A stretch of 64,000 bases of DNA from Dehalococcoidia bacterium. Its GTDB lineage: Bacteria > Chloroflexota > Dehalococcoidia > Lucifugimonadales > UBA3495. The notes beneath the pieces are model-generated. The model searched no databases and had not been told where the DNA came from. It was given only the letters and a program-made list of their open reading frames with translations. The position numbers were made by a program, and so were the translations under genes. The stretch covers positions 1,044,711 through 1,108,710 of the forward strand of contig OZ253540.1 of NCBI GenBank assembly GCA_965262485.1. The letters run 5' to 3'. How positions within the stretch are numbered: position 1 is the first letter of the stretch; each line of letters begins with the position of its first letter. Shown piece after piece: positions 51,496 to 61,057 of the stretch.

Positions 51496-51888
51496 ATGCC
51501 AGGCAAAAATTACGTCAATCCATCAGGTATCAGCGACCCGTCGCCGTCAGGATTCACCGCGGTTGTGCAGGCCGGCAACACCGTGTATATCGCGGGTATG
51601 GTCTCTCAAGATGAAAATGGCAACGTCGTGGGCGCGGGCGATGCCGAAGCCCAAACGACGCAGATTTGGCATAACATCGAAGTGGCCGTCAGTTCTGTTG
51701 GTGGCAGCCTGTCGGATATCGTGAAGACCACCACGTATATTACCGGTATCGAACATGCCGGCGCGGTGCGCGCGGTGCGTGGTCGTCTTTTCCCGAACAA
51801 TCCGCCGACCAGCACTCTTTTGGTAGTGAGCGAGCTGGCAAACCCGGCCTACGTGGTGGAAATCGAGTCGATCGCTGTGCTCGATTAG
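51496..51888 (+). CDS. RidA/YjgF-family enamine/imine deaminase
   Basis: VYIAGMVSQD...AEAQTTQIWHNIE...VKTTTYI...PPTSTLLVV...VEIESIAV. Confidence 0.9.
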   Translation: MPGKNYVNPSGISDPSPSGFTAVVQAGNTVYIAGMVSQDENGNVVGAGDAEAQTTQIWHNIEVAVSSVGGSLSDIVKTTTYITGIEHAGAVRAVRGRLFPNNPPTSTLLVVSELANPAYVVEIESIAVLD

Positions 51889-52007
51889 GCCGCCGCCCGG
51901 GCGGAGCAATTCCCGCGTTGACCAATGCGCCGGCGCGGGGTTGGCCCCGGCATCAGGAATCCATGAGCATGCAAGGGCAAAGGGTGATGGCGCGAGCCGC
52001 CCGCCAG

Positions 52008-52259
52008 CTAGAATTCGGAGTCAGGACCCTGCTGATGGAGGCGTTTCTGTTCCTGCAGGACTATCCACATCCGATGCCACACGAAACGGCGTTCAGGGTC
52101 CTGGAGGCGGCGGCCAATCAACTGGCGAACAGTCTGCACCGCCTGGCCGGCAAAGAACCCCCAATGCCCAGGCTCCTCACGCATCCAGCCCGCAAGACGG
52201 TCAGGATTGGAGACAACGACCTCAGCCAGCACAGCGTCCAGGTCGGTCTCGGCCGCCAC
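52008..52259 (-). CDS. Small GatB/YqeY-like domain protein
   Basis: DLDAVLAEVVVSNPDRLAGWMREEPGHWGFFAGQAVQ resembles the GatB C-terminal/YqeY helix bundle. GTG start lies 4 nt after the thiS stop. Confidence 0.45.
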   Translation of the reverse strand: MAAETDLDAVLAEVVVSNPDRLAGWMREEPGHWGFFAGQAVQTVRQLIGRRLQDPERRFVWHRMWIVLQEQKRLHQQGPDSEF

Positions 52260-52263
52260 GGTT

Positions 52264-52467
52264 TTATCCGCCTCCTACAGGCCTTACTATTTCCAGGGCA
52301 TCGCCTTCGTTTAGCTGCACCGCCGCGAAATCCTGTTTGCGAATAACCTGACCGTTGTAACCGACCGCGATGAAACGCATGTTGATATCAATCGTGGACA
52401 AGTAGCTCTGCAAATCGAGCCCATTGTCGATTTCCCGGGGTTTGCCGTTCACTCTCAACGTAATCAT
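52264..52467 (-). CDS. thiS: Sulfur carrier protein ThiS
   Basis: 67 aa, beta-grasp size, C-terminal ...VRPVGGG. Located in the thi operon. Confidence 0.85.
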   Translation of the reverse strand: MITLRVNGKPREIDNGLDLQSYLSTIDINMRFIAVGYNGQVIRKQDFAAVQLNEGDALEIVRPVGGG

Positions 52468-52476
52468 GGCAGAAGT

Positions 52477-53175
52477 TTACCTACCGTTGCTGGTTGCGTG
52501 TTCTGTAACACTGCCTGTTATCTGGGGATCCGGCTGTAAACCGATAGCGTCAAGCATAGCAGATTTCAAGCCCCTGGCCGATGCTTCCGGGTCGTCGCTG
52601 GCGAGAATGCTGGTGATTACCGCCGCTCCCCAAGCTCCGGCTCCCATTACATCGGCCACGTTGGTAGTGTCGATTCCGCCGATGGCAACCAGGGGCAGCG
52701 ATACGCCGGCATCGCGGATACGGGTCAACAATCCCGGGCCGGCCGGTTCTTCGCCGGGGTGGGAACGGGTAGCGAACATAGTGCCGACGAGCAGGAAATC
52801 TGCACTGGTGGCAGCCGCTTCCAGTGCCCCTTCGACCGAGTGGACGGAACGGCCAACAATGGCCTCCTCCCCCACGACCCGGCGGACCAGGTCGGCGGAC
52901 ATCGCCGCTTCACCCAGCTGAACGCCGTCGGCTCCACCGGCCACCGCCACGTCAGCGCGTTCATTGACCAACAGCAGCGCCCTGCCTTCGGTTACGTTCC
53001 GCAAGGTTGAAGTAAGCGAAAACACAGCCTGCCCCGGCAAATCTTTATCGCGCACCTGTACCACGTCAACGCCGCCGGAGATGGCTGCCGCAACGCGGGC
53101 CGGCATCTCATCCGCAGCGCAGACTGTGCGATCAGTCACGAGGCACAAGCAGGGATAGGGCAACGATGGCCGCAT
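52477..53175 (-). CDS. thiE: Thiamine-phosphate synthase
   Basis: LCLVTDR, VQVRDKD, GVQLG and IGGI motifs. Confidence 0.9.
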   Translation of the reverse strand: MRPSLPYPCLCLVTDRTVCAADEMPARVAAAISGGVDVVQVRDKDLPGQAVFSLTSTLRNVTEGRALLLVNERADVAVAGGADGVQLGEAAMSADLVRRVVGEEAIVGRSVHSVEGALEAAATSADFLLVGTMFATRSHPGEEPAGPGLLTRIRDAGVSLPLVAIGGIDTTNVADVMGAGAWGAAVITSILASDDPEASARGLKSAMLDAIGLQPDPQITGSVTEHATSNGR

Positions 53176-53188
53176 GGCGCGAAAGCGG

Positions 53189-53977
53189 CTAGTTTGCTAC
53201 CACGGGTTGGGGCACATCGGAAGTCGGACTGCTGGCGATGGCCTCGGTGCGCACCGGGATTCGGCCGGCCAGGTAAGCCTGCCGTCCGGCTTCGACTCCT
53301 TTGCGGAAGGCATCCGCCATCATAGACGGGTCCTGGGCCTGCGCGATGGCCGTATTGACCAAGACGGCGTCTGCACCCATCTCCAGAGCCTTGGCGGCGT
53401 CGGAAGGCACTGCCAAACCGGCATCCACGACGACGGGGATGGTAGCGTTTTCCAGGATGATCCTGATTTCTTCGCCGGTATGGATTCCCTGGCCGGACCC
53501 GATGGCAGAACCCAGAGGCATGACGGTGACGCACCCGACGTCTTCGAGATTCTTGGCGAGCACCGGGTCGGCGTGGATGTAAGGCATGACCTTGAACCCT
53601 TCGGCCACCAATTGCCGGGCGGCTTCCAAAGTGCCGTTGGGATCGGGGAAAAGGTACTTGGCGTCCGGTATGACTTCGAGCTTCACAAAATCGGTTTGGG
53701 TAACTTCCCGGCCCAACCGAGCCACAAAGAGCGCCTCTTCAACCGACCGACAACCGGCGGTGTTGGGCAGGATCTGGTATTTGTCCCAGTCGATGTAATC
53801 CAGGATGGTTTTCTCATCCGGATTGTCCAAGTCCAACCGACGGATGGCGACGGTAACCATCTGGGAACCGGAGGCTTCCAGGGAATCAACCATGTCCTGC
53901 ATGGTTCGGTGACGTCCAGTACCGACTATCAATCGGGAATGGAAAGATACTCCCCCAATTATCAGTTCATCGGTCAT
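53189..53977 (-). CDS. thiG: Thiazole synthase
   Basis: SRLIVGTG...VTVAIRR...LPNTAGC...[16 protein letters not shown] at 53977 follows AAGGAGAG. Confidence 0.95.
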   Translation of the reverse strand: MTDELIIGGVSFHSRLIVGTGRHRTMQDMVDSLEASGSQMVTVAIRRLDLDNPDEKTILDYIDWDKYQILPNTAGCRSVEEALFVARLGREVTQTDFVKLEVIPDAKYLFPDPNGTLEAARQLVAEGFKVMPYIHADPVLAKNLEDVGCVTVMPLGSAIGSGQGIHTGEEIRIILENATIPVVVDAGLAVPSDAAKALEMGADAVLVNTAIAQAQDPSMMADAFRKGVEAGRQAYLAGRIPVRTEAIASSPTSDVPQPVVAN

Positions 53978-54035
53978 CGGGCCACTCTCCTTTACCGAGC
54001 CACGCATTGATTTTGCAAGAGGCTCACGGCATCCC

Positions 54036-54065
54036 AAAAGCAAAACCGCCAGACGAACCGGCGGC
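54036..54065 (-). terminator. Attenuator hairpin with U-tract between the TPP aptamer and thiG
   Basis: Minus strand reads GCCGCC-GGTTCGTCT-GGCGGT followed by TTTTGCTTTT. Confidence 0.65.
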
Positions 54066-54084
54066 TTCATCAAAGCTCTACCAA

Positions 54085-54178
54085 CTGTTCCTGCGCCGGC
54101 ATTACCCGGATCCGGTACAGACGGTCGGCGACGAATTTGGCCGCCCTCTCAGCCTGGTTTACCCAAGCTCCCGCCAGA
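54085..54178 (-). promoter_or_regulatory. TPP (THI-box) riboswitch
   Basis: Minus strand reads ...GGGAGC...GCTGAGAGG...ACCGTCTGTACCGGATCCGGGTAATGCCGGCGCAGGAA, matching the conserved CUGAGA and ACCUGAUCUGGAUAAUGCCAGCG cores. Upstream of thiG. Confidence 0.9.
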
Positions 54179-54242
54179 ATTGCGTGAGGGTTCAATTGTT
54201 CTGAAAATGTAACACTACCAACGGGTTGAAGTCAATTCCAGA

Positions 54243-54400
54243 GGAAATTGCGAAACTCCAGTCCCTGCTTTCTGTCATTGCCAGGAGCTCCCGCTCATCC
54301 TGAGCCTGTCGAAGGACGTGGCAATCCCGTTGCAGCAACGGCGGCGGTTTCAGCGACGAGATTGCCGCGCTGCGCTCGCAATGACAAGTTTCGCAATTCC
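54243..54400. repeat. Compound palindromic intergenic element (about 160 bp)
   Basis: Nested inverted repeats: ATTGCGAAACT/AGTTTCGCAAT, TGTCATTGC/GCAATGACA, GGCAATC/GATTGCC, and a central CCGTTGC-A-GCAACGG. No ORF. Confidence 0.6.
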
Positions 54401-54529
54401 AGAACGTGCGACCAGGTCGTGCAGCAATTGATTGGTCGAATCGGCGGCTACTCGAACGCAAAACGCATTCTCAACAGGGACTCGACACGTTCGGGGGCTC
54501 TCCAATTCTCGGCAAATGTGAGCCGGCGG

Positions 54530-55201
54530 TCAAACCTCGTACTCCGACACGGTTTCCGGGATAATGAGCGCAGCTCCGGTGACAGACTGGACATCGGACG
54601 GCGTCCACCCGGGAGCGGTTTCACGCAGCACCATTCCATCGGGAGTGGGTTCCAATACGGCGACGTCGGTTACTATCAACGAGACGCACGCTTTTCCAGT
54701 CAGGGGATAGTCGCAATCCTGAACAACCTTGGGGTTGCCTTGGCGGTCATTGTGTTCCATGGCCACTATGACCTTGCCGGCGCCGGCAGCCAAATCCATG
54801 GCTCCCCCGATGTTGCCGACTCCACGCTCGGGAAGGATCCAGTTAGCCAGGTCGCCGGTAGCGGAAACTTGGTGAGCCCCCAATACCGTTACGTCCACGT
54901 GCCCGCCCCGGATCATGGCGAATGCGTCAACCGAGGAGAAGAATGCCATTCCCGGCACACATTCCAGGAACTGGCCTCCAGCGTTGATGAGGTCGATGTT
55001 TTCGTTGCCGTCTTCCGCCAACGGTCCACAGTTCAGTACGCCGCTCTCGCTGTGGTAACACACGACGCTGTCGTCTGCCACGAACATTGAGACCAACGTG
55101 GGGATGCCGATGCCCAGGTTAACATACGCGCCCGGAGGCAATTCTCTGGCCACCCGCATTGCGATGATGGCGCGGTCCAGTCGTTCTTTTTCTACAGTCA
55201 T
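54530..55201 (-). CDS. 3-oxoacid CoA-transferase subunit B (canonical)
   Basis: RVARELPPGAYVNLGIGIPTLV...HSESGVLNCGP, keeping the catalytic Glu of the SENG-type motif. Confidence 0.9.
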   Translation of the reverse strand: MTVEKERLDRAIIAMRVARELPPGAYVNLGIGIPTLVSMFVADDSVVCYHSESGVLNCGPLAEDGNENIDLINAGGQFLECVPGMAFFSSVDAFAMIRGGHVDVTVLGAHQVSATGDLANWILPERGVGNIGGAMDLAAGAGKVIVAMEHNDRQGNPKVVQDCDYPLTGKACVSLIVTDVAVLEPTPDGMVLRETAPGWTPSDVQSVTGAALIIPETVSEYEV

Positions 55202-55218
55202 GCGCGGGTATTCCGTTA

Positions 55219-56541
55219 TCAGTCGTAGCCTGTGAAACCATCGGGGCGCCTGACGATGCGTTGCACGAACACGCCGGGCGTGACGATTTCCTCGGGATCA
55301 AGTTGGCCGGGTTCCACTATTTCATCCACCTCGGCAACAGTGATGCGGGCAGACGGGGCCATGACGGCGTTGAAATTGCGTGAAGTACCGCGATACACCA
55401 GGTTACCTGATGTATCGGCCTTGTGTGCCCGGATCACGGCGAAGTCGGCGCGCAAACCGTATTCCAGGATATAGGGCCGTCCGTCGAACTCCCTTTGCTC
55501 TTTGCCTTCGCTGATGAGGGTGCCGGCGCCAGTCGGGGTGTAGAACGCAAGCACGCCGGCGCCGCCGGCGCGCAACCTCTCTGCCAGGGTTCCCTGAGGA
55601 ACGAGTTCCAGATCCACCTCGCCGCGTCGGTACGCCAACTCGAACTCGGATGGGCGCGACACCGACGGCGACACCGGGAAAGAGGCGATGGCCTTTGCAA
55701 CCTGTCCGTTTTCGATAAGGATGCTGTGGTCAATTGCCGTCCTGCCCGGAGGTGTGCCAAAGCTGACCACCCGTGCAATCCCGGCGGTGTTGCTAACGAT
55801 GGTGAGGTTTTTCTTTCCAGTGTCCCGCACGGCAACCAACAGGTAATGAGCCATACCGCCGGGTCCCCCGAATCCGTCGATGAATACGGTGGCGCCGTCG
55901 GGCAGGTCGGCCAGGGCGGACAAACCGTCGGAGTAAACCTTGCTGGGAGGTTGCCCAGGATGGGGAGTGCAATCCATTTCCCGTAACGACGGAGAAGCCG
56001 ACAACTTCGCACCGAAAACGGATTCGACATCCTGAACATTCCAACCGGGCGCAACTTCCTGCAACACGAACCGGCCTTCGTGTGTTCGAATGACTCCCAC
56101 ATCTGACACCACCAGATCCACGCAATTGATGCCGTCGGGCGGGAGGTTCAGCCGGTTGACCAATAGACCGGGGCGAGCTTCGTTGGTGGTGAGAAGTATC
56201 GCCACAACCCGTCCGGCGTTGGCAGCCAGATCAACGGTGTTGCCGGGCTGACCGGCTCCCGATACACCGGTGAAACAACCGTAGGCATCGACTTGCGCCG
56301 CATTCAGCACAGCCATGCTAACGTAACCGCCGCGGGTGATGGCTGCTGCATCCGCCGCAGTTGCCGGAATCCCGTTCAGAGTTCCGTCGTTGTTCAGGAA
56401 CCATGCCCCAAGGCTGGCGGGGGTGGATTCTTTGATGCCAGGCGCGAAATCCGGTTCGACCGCCACCACCATGCCGGGGGTGATCTCGCAAGCCACGCGC
56501 CGGGCAATTTCGAACGGATCCAATTTTCTGGCGGACATCAA
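55219..56541 (-). CDS. Fused CoA-transferase: degenerate B-like N-terminal half plus canonical A-subunit C-terminal half
   Basis: Residues about 1-190 align to subunit B but read FLNNDGTLNG where SENG is expected. Residues about 200-440 carry A-subunit motifs (GATVFIDGFGGPG, VPQGTLAERLRAGGAG). Confidence 0.8.
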   Translation of the reverse strand: MMSARKLDPFEIARRVACEITPGMVVAVEPDFAPGIKESTPASLGAWFLNNDGTLNGIPATAADAAAITRGGYVSMAVLNAAQVDAYGCFTGVSGAGQPGNTVDLAANAGRVVAILLTTNEARPGLLVNRLNLPPDGINCVDLVVSDVGVIRTHEGRFVLQEVAPGWNVQDVESVFGAKLSASPSLREMDCTPHPGQPPSKVYSDGLSALADLPDGATVFIDGFGGPGGMAHYLLVAVRDTGKKNLTIVSNTAGIARVVSFGTPPGRTAIDHSILIENGQVAKAIASFPVSPSVSRPSEFELAYRRGEVDLELVPQGTLAERLRAGGAGVLAFYTPTGAGTLISEGKEQREFDGRPYILEYGLRADFAVIRAHKADTSGNLVYRGTSRNFNAVMAPSARITVAEVDEIVEPGQLDPEEIVTPGVFVQRIVRRPDGFTGYD

Positions 56542-56551
56542 AGCTTTTGGC

Positions 56552-57226
56552 CTACGTACCTCGAGTGGTTTGTACGACGCGGTTAACGAAAATTCCGGGT
56601 GTGATTACCAGCTCGGGGTCTATGATTCCCGGTTCGCCGACAGTGTTGACCTCGGCGACGCAGACGCGCGCGGCGGCGGCCATGGTGGCGCTCCAGGCCC
56701 GCTGATTGCCCTGGTACATAACGTTGCCCAACGTGTCGGCGACGGATCCGCGAATCAATGCGAAGTCGGCTCGCAACGGCAGTTCGAGAACACACTCTAC
56801 GCCGTCGATCACGCGCACTTCCTTGCCGGCCGCGAACCGGGTGCCCGCTCCCACCGGGATCAGGACCCCGCCAATCCCGGCGCCGCCGGCGCGCAGGCGT
56901 TCGGCCAAAGTGCCCTGGGGCACTTCCTCGACCGCAAGGCCCGGGGACGTCAGACGGGATGCGTCCACCCTCGCAACCAGATCATCCGGTGGATTTGGGG
57001 AAATGATCCTGGTGATTTGTCCCGACGCCACCAATGCGGCGACCATGGAGTCAGGCCGGCAGTCGGAGAAATCACATACGCAGGTGAGCCCGCCAACGCC
57101 GGAATCGGCCAGAGCCGCCAGAAGGGAGGAGGGTTCAGTAGCCGCAGACGCGCCGCTGATCAGAATGGTGGCGCCCGTCGGCACATCGCCCACAGCAGCG
57201 GCCGGGGAGTTGTAAACTTTGGTCAT
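56552..57226 (-). CDS. CoA-transferase subunit A-like (divergent)
   Basis: VPQGTLAERLRAGGAGIGG is conserved, but the N-terminal GGFG motif reads ISGASAAT. Confidence 0.8.
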   Translation of the reverse strand: MTKVYNSPAAAVGDVPTGATILISGASAATEPSSLLAALADSGVGGLTCVCDFSDCRPDSMVAALVASGQITRIISPNPPDDLVARVDASRLTSPGLAVEEVPQGTLAERLRAGGAGIGGVLIPVGAGTRFAAGKEVRVIDGVECVLELPLRADFALIRGSVADTLGNVMYQGNQRAWSATMAAAARVCVAEVNTVGEPGIIDPELVITPGIFVNRVVQTTRGT

Positions 57227-57391
57227 GTCACCGCACGCAGGTTGATATGGCGATCATTTTATCGCAATCCGCCGGCGTGATAAAGCGGCAGGGACTTAAA
57301 CCGGCCTTGCCATAATGCCCGCAGCCCCATTACCATTCAGGGGCCGCGGTCAAAGATCCGCAATCGACCCCGCCGGCGCCCAACGTGAACC

Positions 57392-58174
57392 ATGCGATAC
57401 CAAAGAATCAAGCACATACTGGAGCCACCCTACGCGGAGATCCAGCTGATACCGGCCGGCGGCCCGATTACGATTGACGAGCTGCTGGCCGCCGAGATCA
57501 TAGATATATGCGACGAGCTGCTATTTCAGGATGACATACGTGTGGTATCCATAACGGGGCAGTGCCAGGCATTCGCAACGGGACGAATCTCACCGCCGGA
57601 CGATATTGTTGCAGCCGATACGTTGGAACAGCTCGACTGGATCAACGGGTTGAAAGCAGCGGGGGCCGTGGCCGGGCTGCCGATGCCCGTGGTGGCGGCG
57701 CTGAACGGCGATACCACCGCCCACGGCCTGGAACTGGCGCTGGCGGCCGATCTCCGGATAGCCGCGGATTCCGTTGTTGTGGCGGCGGGAAAGATTGATC
57801 AAGTGGGATTTCCCTTCGATGGCGCCACACAACGCCTGCCGCGTCTCGTTGGGCCGGCGTTGGCCCGGGACATGCTGCTCACCGGCAGGACATTGACCGC
57901 CGCCGAGTGCCTGGCTGCAGGATTGGTGAACCGGGTGGTGGCCGCAAACGAACTGAACGCCGCCGCCCGGGCGTTGGCGAGTCAGATAGTGGACGCCGCG
58001 CCCATCGCCAGCCGGTTTGCCAAGGAAGCAGTGACGGCCGCCGGGGATATGACGCTGGAGCAAGGTCTCAGGCTGGAGGCGGACCTCAGCATAATTCTTC
58101 AAAGCACGAGCGATCGCGAAGAAGGGTTGCTGGCTTTCCGCGAAAAGCGCGTCGCCCGGTTCCTGGGTCAATAG
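57392..58174 (+). CDS. Enoyl-CoA hydratase/isomerase (crotonase) family protein
   Basis: VAALNGDTTAHGLELALAADLRIA...DGATQRLPRLVG. The second catalytic Glu position reads Gln. Confidence 0.85.
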   Translation: MRYQRIKHILEPPYAEIQLIPAGGPITIDELLAAEIIDICDELLFQDDIRVVSITGQCQAFATGRISPPDDIVAADTLEQLDWINGLKAAGAVAGLPMPVVAALNGDTTAHGLELALAADLRIAADSVVVAAGKIDQVGFPFDGATQRLPRLVGPALARDMLLTGRTLTAAECLAAGLVNRVVAANELNAAARALASQIVDAAPIASRFAKEAVTAAGDMTLEQGLRLEADLSIILQSTSDREEGLLAFREKRVARFLGQ

Positions 58175-58192
58175 AGTGAGGCTGCCCTGATT

Positions 58193-58732
58193 ATGGTTCG
58201 GCTGGACATTCACACGCACGTCGGCGAAATGTTTGGTTTCCAACCGCCCACTCCTGAAATGGCTGAAATGGTAATTGGGCAGATTCAGTCCGCCGGGCTG
58301 GACGGAATCGCAGTTACGGATCACTGGCGACGCGACTGGGGGCTGGCGTTGCACCGGGTAGTGGAACGCGAATTCCCGAATCAGGTAATCATCATCCCGG
58401 GTCAGGAGATCGACGTGCGCCCCGCCTCGAGTCCGTTTGACGAGTACCACTGCACCGAGTTGTACCTGCCGGGAGGGCGTTTGTTCAGAACTTATTGCCA
58501 TCCGGGTTACTACACCCCGAACATTATCATCGAAGAAGGAATCCATGGGATCGAGGTGACGAACCACCATCACGACTGGCACATCCGACGTCCACTGGTA
58601 GAGCGCGTCGCCGAGACTCACGATCTGTTGTCGTTCAACGTCAGTGATGCCAACATACTCCACGAGATTGGAGCCGGGAGTACGGAAGTAGATCTCGATG
58701 AAATGATGCGTCGGGCAATCCCGCTCGACTGA
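58193..58732 (+). CDS. Small PHP-like metal-dependent phosphoesterase domain protein
   Basis: DIHTHV, AVTDHW, YCHPGY and a His-rich NHHHDWH motif. 179 aa. Confidence 0.6.
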   Translation: MVRLDIHTHVGEMFGFQPPTPEMAEMVIGQIQSAGLDGIAVTDHWRRDWGLALHRVVEREFPNQVIIIPGQEIDVRPASSPFDEYHCTELYLPGGRLFRTYCHPGYYTPNIIIEEGIHGIEVTNHHHDWHIRRPLVERVAETHDLLSFNVSDANILHEIGAGSTEVDLDEMMRRAIPLD

Positions 58733-58744
58733 CTGACGCCCTGT

Positions 58745-59482
58745 TTGCTTATGTCCGACCAGTTTTCCACCATCATCTACGAAAAACACGGCAGCGTGGC
58801 ACATCTGTCCCTGAACCGACCGGCGCAGCTGAATGCCTTTTCGGTGGCCATGCGGGACGACTTTGCAGAGGTTCTTTCCGCAGTGGCCGAGGATCCCGAC
58901 GTGCAATGTCTGCTGATTACAGGCCAGGGGCGCGCATTTTGCGCCGGAGCAGACCTCAGCGAATTTGGTTCAGCGCCTTCGCAGGTCATTGCGCGCCGGG
59001 TACGCTGGCAGCGCGACGTTTGGGGCCAACTGATTGGCCTGCGACAGCCGATCGTGGTTGCTGTGCATGGATACTGCATCGGCTCCGGGGTAGAGATCGC
59101 GCTGCTGGCCGATGTACGCATAGCGGCGGTTGACGCCATCTTTGCGCTGCCTGAAGTGCGGCTGGGAATGATCCCGGCCGCCGGCGGGACCCAAACCGGG
59201 CCGGCCAACATGGGCCCGTCGAGGGCTCTGGACCTGTTGCTGACCGGCCGACAGCTGGGAACGAAGGAAGCGTTGAATCTTGGCCTGATAAGTCGCGTCG
59301 CTCAGCCTGACGAATTGATCGCCGACGCCTGGGAAATCGCCGGGCAACTGGCGGCTCAACCTGCCCATCTCAATTCCAGGTTGCGCCGAAGCCTGCGCGA
59401 GGGGGCCGACCTGTCCCTTAGCGCCGGGCTGGACATGGAACAGAAACTGGCAGCAGCAGCTATGGGCGCCGGTTCCCATTAG
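58745..59482 (+). CDS. Enoyl-CoA hydratase/isomerase family protein
   Basis: LITGQGRAFCAGADL, VAVHGYCIGSGVEIALLADVRIA, LPEVRLGMIPAAGGTQ. Confidence 0.88.
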   Translation: MLMSDQFSTIIYEKHGSVAHLSLNRPAQLNAFSVAMRDDFAEVLSAVAEDPDVQCLLITGQGRAFCAGADLSEFGSAPSQVIARRVRWQRDVWGQLIGLRQPIVVAVHGYCIGSGVEIALLADVRIAAVDAIFALPEVRLGMIPAAGGTQTGPANMGPSRALDLLLTGRQLGTKEALNLGLISRVAQPDELIADAWEIAGQLAAQPAHLNSRLRRSLREGADLSLSAGLDMEQKLAAAAMGAGSH

Positions 59483-59503
59483 GGTTTACACCCCGGAGAG
59501 AGG

Positions 59504-61057
59504 ATGAATACTACCGAGTTTTTGATGATTGCATCGGCCATAGTGCCGGATCGTACCGCCATCGTATTTGAAGGCGTCAGGTACTCTTTTGAAGAGTTGC
59601 AAGAGCGCGTCAACCGGTTGGCAAACGCCATGTCGAATCTGGGGATCGGGCCCGGGGATCGAGTGGCCGCGATGCAAACGAATTGCAATCAACTGCTGGA
59701 GATATACTTCGCGGCAGCGCAGTTGGATGCAATCTATGTGCCCATCAATTTCCGGGCCAAGCAGGAAGAACTGATCACGATGCTGGACATTGCGGAACCG
59801 GCGCTCCTGTTTTTGGGCGAACGGTACTTGTCGCTCGTTCCCGCTGATGAGACGTGGGCCGGTCGGCAGGTTGTGATGCTGGACGGCGACGCCGCAAATG
59901 GGCGTATTGGATACGACGCGCTGATTGCCGGGGGTGAACCGGATCAATTGCATTTTCCAGAGGACGATGAGGACGCCACCACGGTTATTATGTTTACTTC
60001 CGGCACTACCAGCGTGCCCAAGGGCGTCCAATTGACCCATGACAGCTTTGGCACGTTCCTGCTGACGAACGTGACGCCAGCGGATCCCGACATCGAGGAA
60101 ACCAACTTATTGACGGTGCCTCTGTATCACGTAGCCGGACTGCAAGCGGCGCTGGCAGCGGTATTCGGTGGGCGCACTCTGGTGGTGATGCCTCAGTTTG
60201 AAGCGGAGTCCTGGATGCGCCTGGTCGCGGAGCACCGGGCGAACCGGGCGATGCTGGTGCCGACGATGTTGAAAAGAGTAATCGATCATCCGCAGTTTGA
60301 TGATTACGATTTATCCTCACTGGACGTCATAACCTATGGGGCGGCGCCGATGCCGCTGCCGGTTATTCGCGAGGCCATTGCCAAATTTCCCAACGCAAGG
60401 TTTATCAACGCCTTCGGGCAAACTGAAACCGCGTCCACCATCACGATGCTGCCTCCGGAAGACCATGTGCTGGAGGGGAGCCCGGATCAAATTGAACTCA
60501 AACTGCGCCATCTGACTTCGATTGGCAAACCGCTGGACGATGTGGACGTTATGATTGTGTCGGAGGCCGGGACGCCGGTTGCCGCGGGAGAAGTGGGGGA
60601 GATCGTTGCCCGTGGGCCGCGCCTGATGAGTGGATACTGGCGGCAGGATGACGCCACCGCCGAAACGTTGCGCTCGGGCTGGCTATACACCGGGGACCTG
60701 GCCTGGCAAGACGAGGACGGTTACATCTACCTGTCGGGCCGGGCGCGGGATTTCATCAAACGCGGCGGCGAGATGGTATCGCCTGAGGAAGTTGAGCAAG
60801 TGCTGGTGGGGCACCCCGACGTGGAAGAGGTGGCAGTAATAGGCGTGCCCGACCTAGAGTGGGGCGAGGAAGTGCGGGCCGTGGTGGTGCGCAACAACCA
60901 GCAAATCAGCGAAATAAAGCTGATCGAATACTGCCGGGATCGGCTGGCGAGCTTCAAACGCCCCACCTCGGTGGTGTTTGTGGATGAGTTGCCCCGCAAT
61001 GTTATGGGAAAGGTGGTAAAACGGGATTTGCGGGAAGAGCTGGGCCTTCCATCCTGA
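59504..61057 (+). CDS. AMP-dependent acyl-CoA synthetase/ligase
   Basis: AMP-binding motifs MFTSGTTSVPKGV, YGQTE-like FGQTE, TGDLA and GRARDFIKRGGEMVSPEEVE. Confidence 0.92.
   Translation: MNTTEFLMIASAIVPDRTAIVFEGVRYSFEELQERVNRLANAMSNLGIGPGDRVAAMQTNCNQLLEIYFAAAQLDAIYVPINFRAKQEELITMLDIAEPALLFLGERYLSLVPADETWAGRQVVMLDGDAANGRIGYDALIAGGEPDQLHFPEDDEDATTVIMFTSGTTSVPKGVQLTHDSFGTFLLTNVTPADPDIEETNLLTVPLYHVAGLQAALAAVFGGRTLVVMPQFEAESWMRLVAEHRANRAMLVPTMLKRVIDHPQFDDYDLSSLDVITYGAAPMPLPVIREAIAKFPNARFINAFGQTETASTITMLPPEDHVLEGSPDQIELKLRHLTSIGKPLDDVDVMIVSEAGTPVAAGEVGEIVARGPRLMSGYWRQDDATAETLRSGWLYTGDLAWQDEDGYIYLSGRARDFIKRGGEMVSPEEVEQVLVGHPDVEEVAVIGVPDLEWGEEVRAVVVRNNQQISEIKLIEYCRDRLASFKRPTSVVFVDELPRNVMGKVVKRDLREELGLPS

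Noticed and set aside
51918-52346. 142-aa plus-strand ORF overlapping the thiS 3' end
   Set aside because: It runs antisense into thiS and competes with the minus-strand GatB/YqeY-like ORF, which has a domain resemblance and operon-consistent spacing.
57590-58906. 438-aa antisense ORF spanning three plus-strand genes (crotonase, PHP, crotonase)
   Set aside because: The three sense genes happen to share one reading frame with short spacers. The antisense ORF is again the codon-complement shadow frame. Its sequence is low-complexity and Arg/Gly/His-rich, with no domain.
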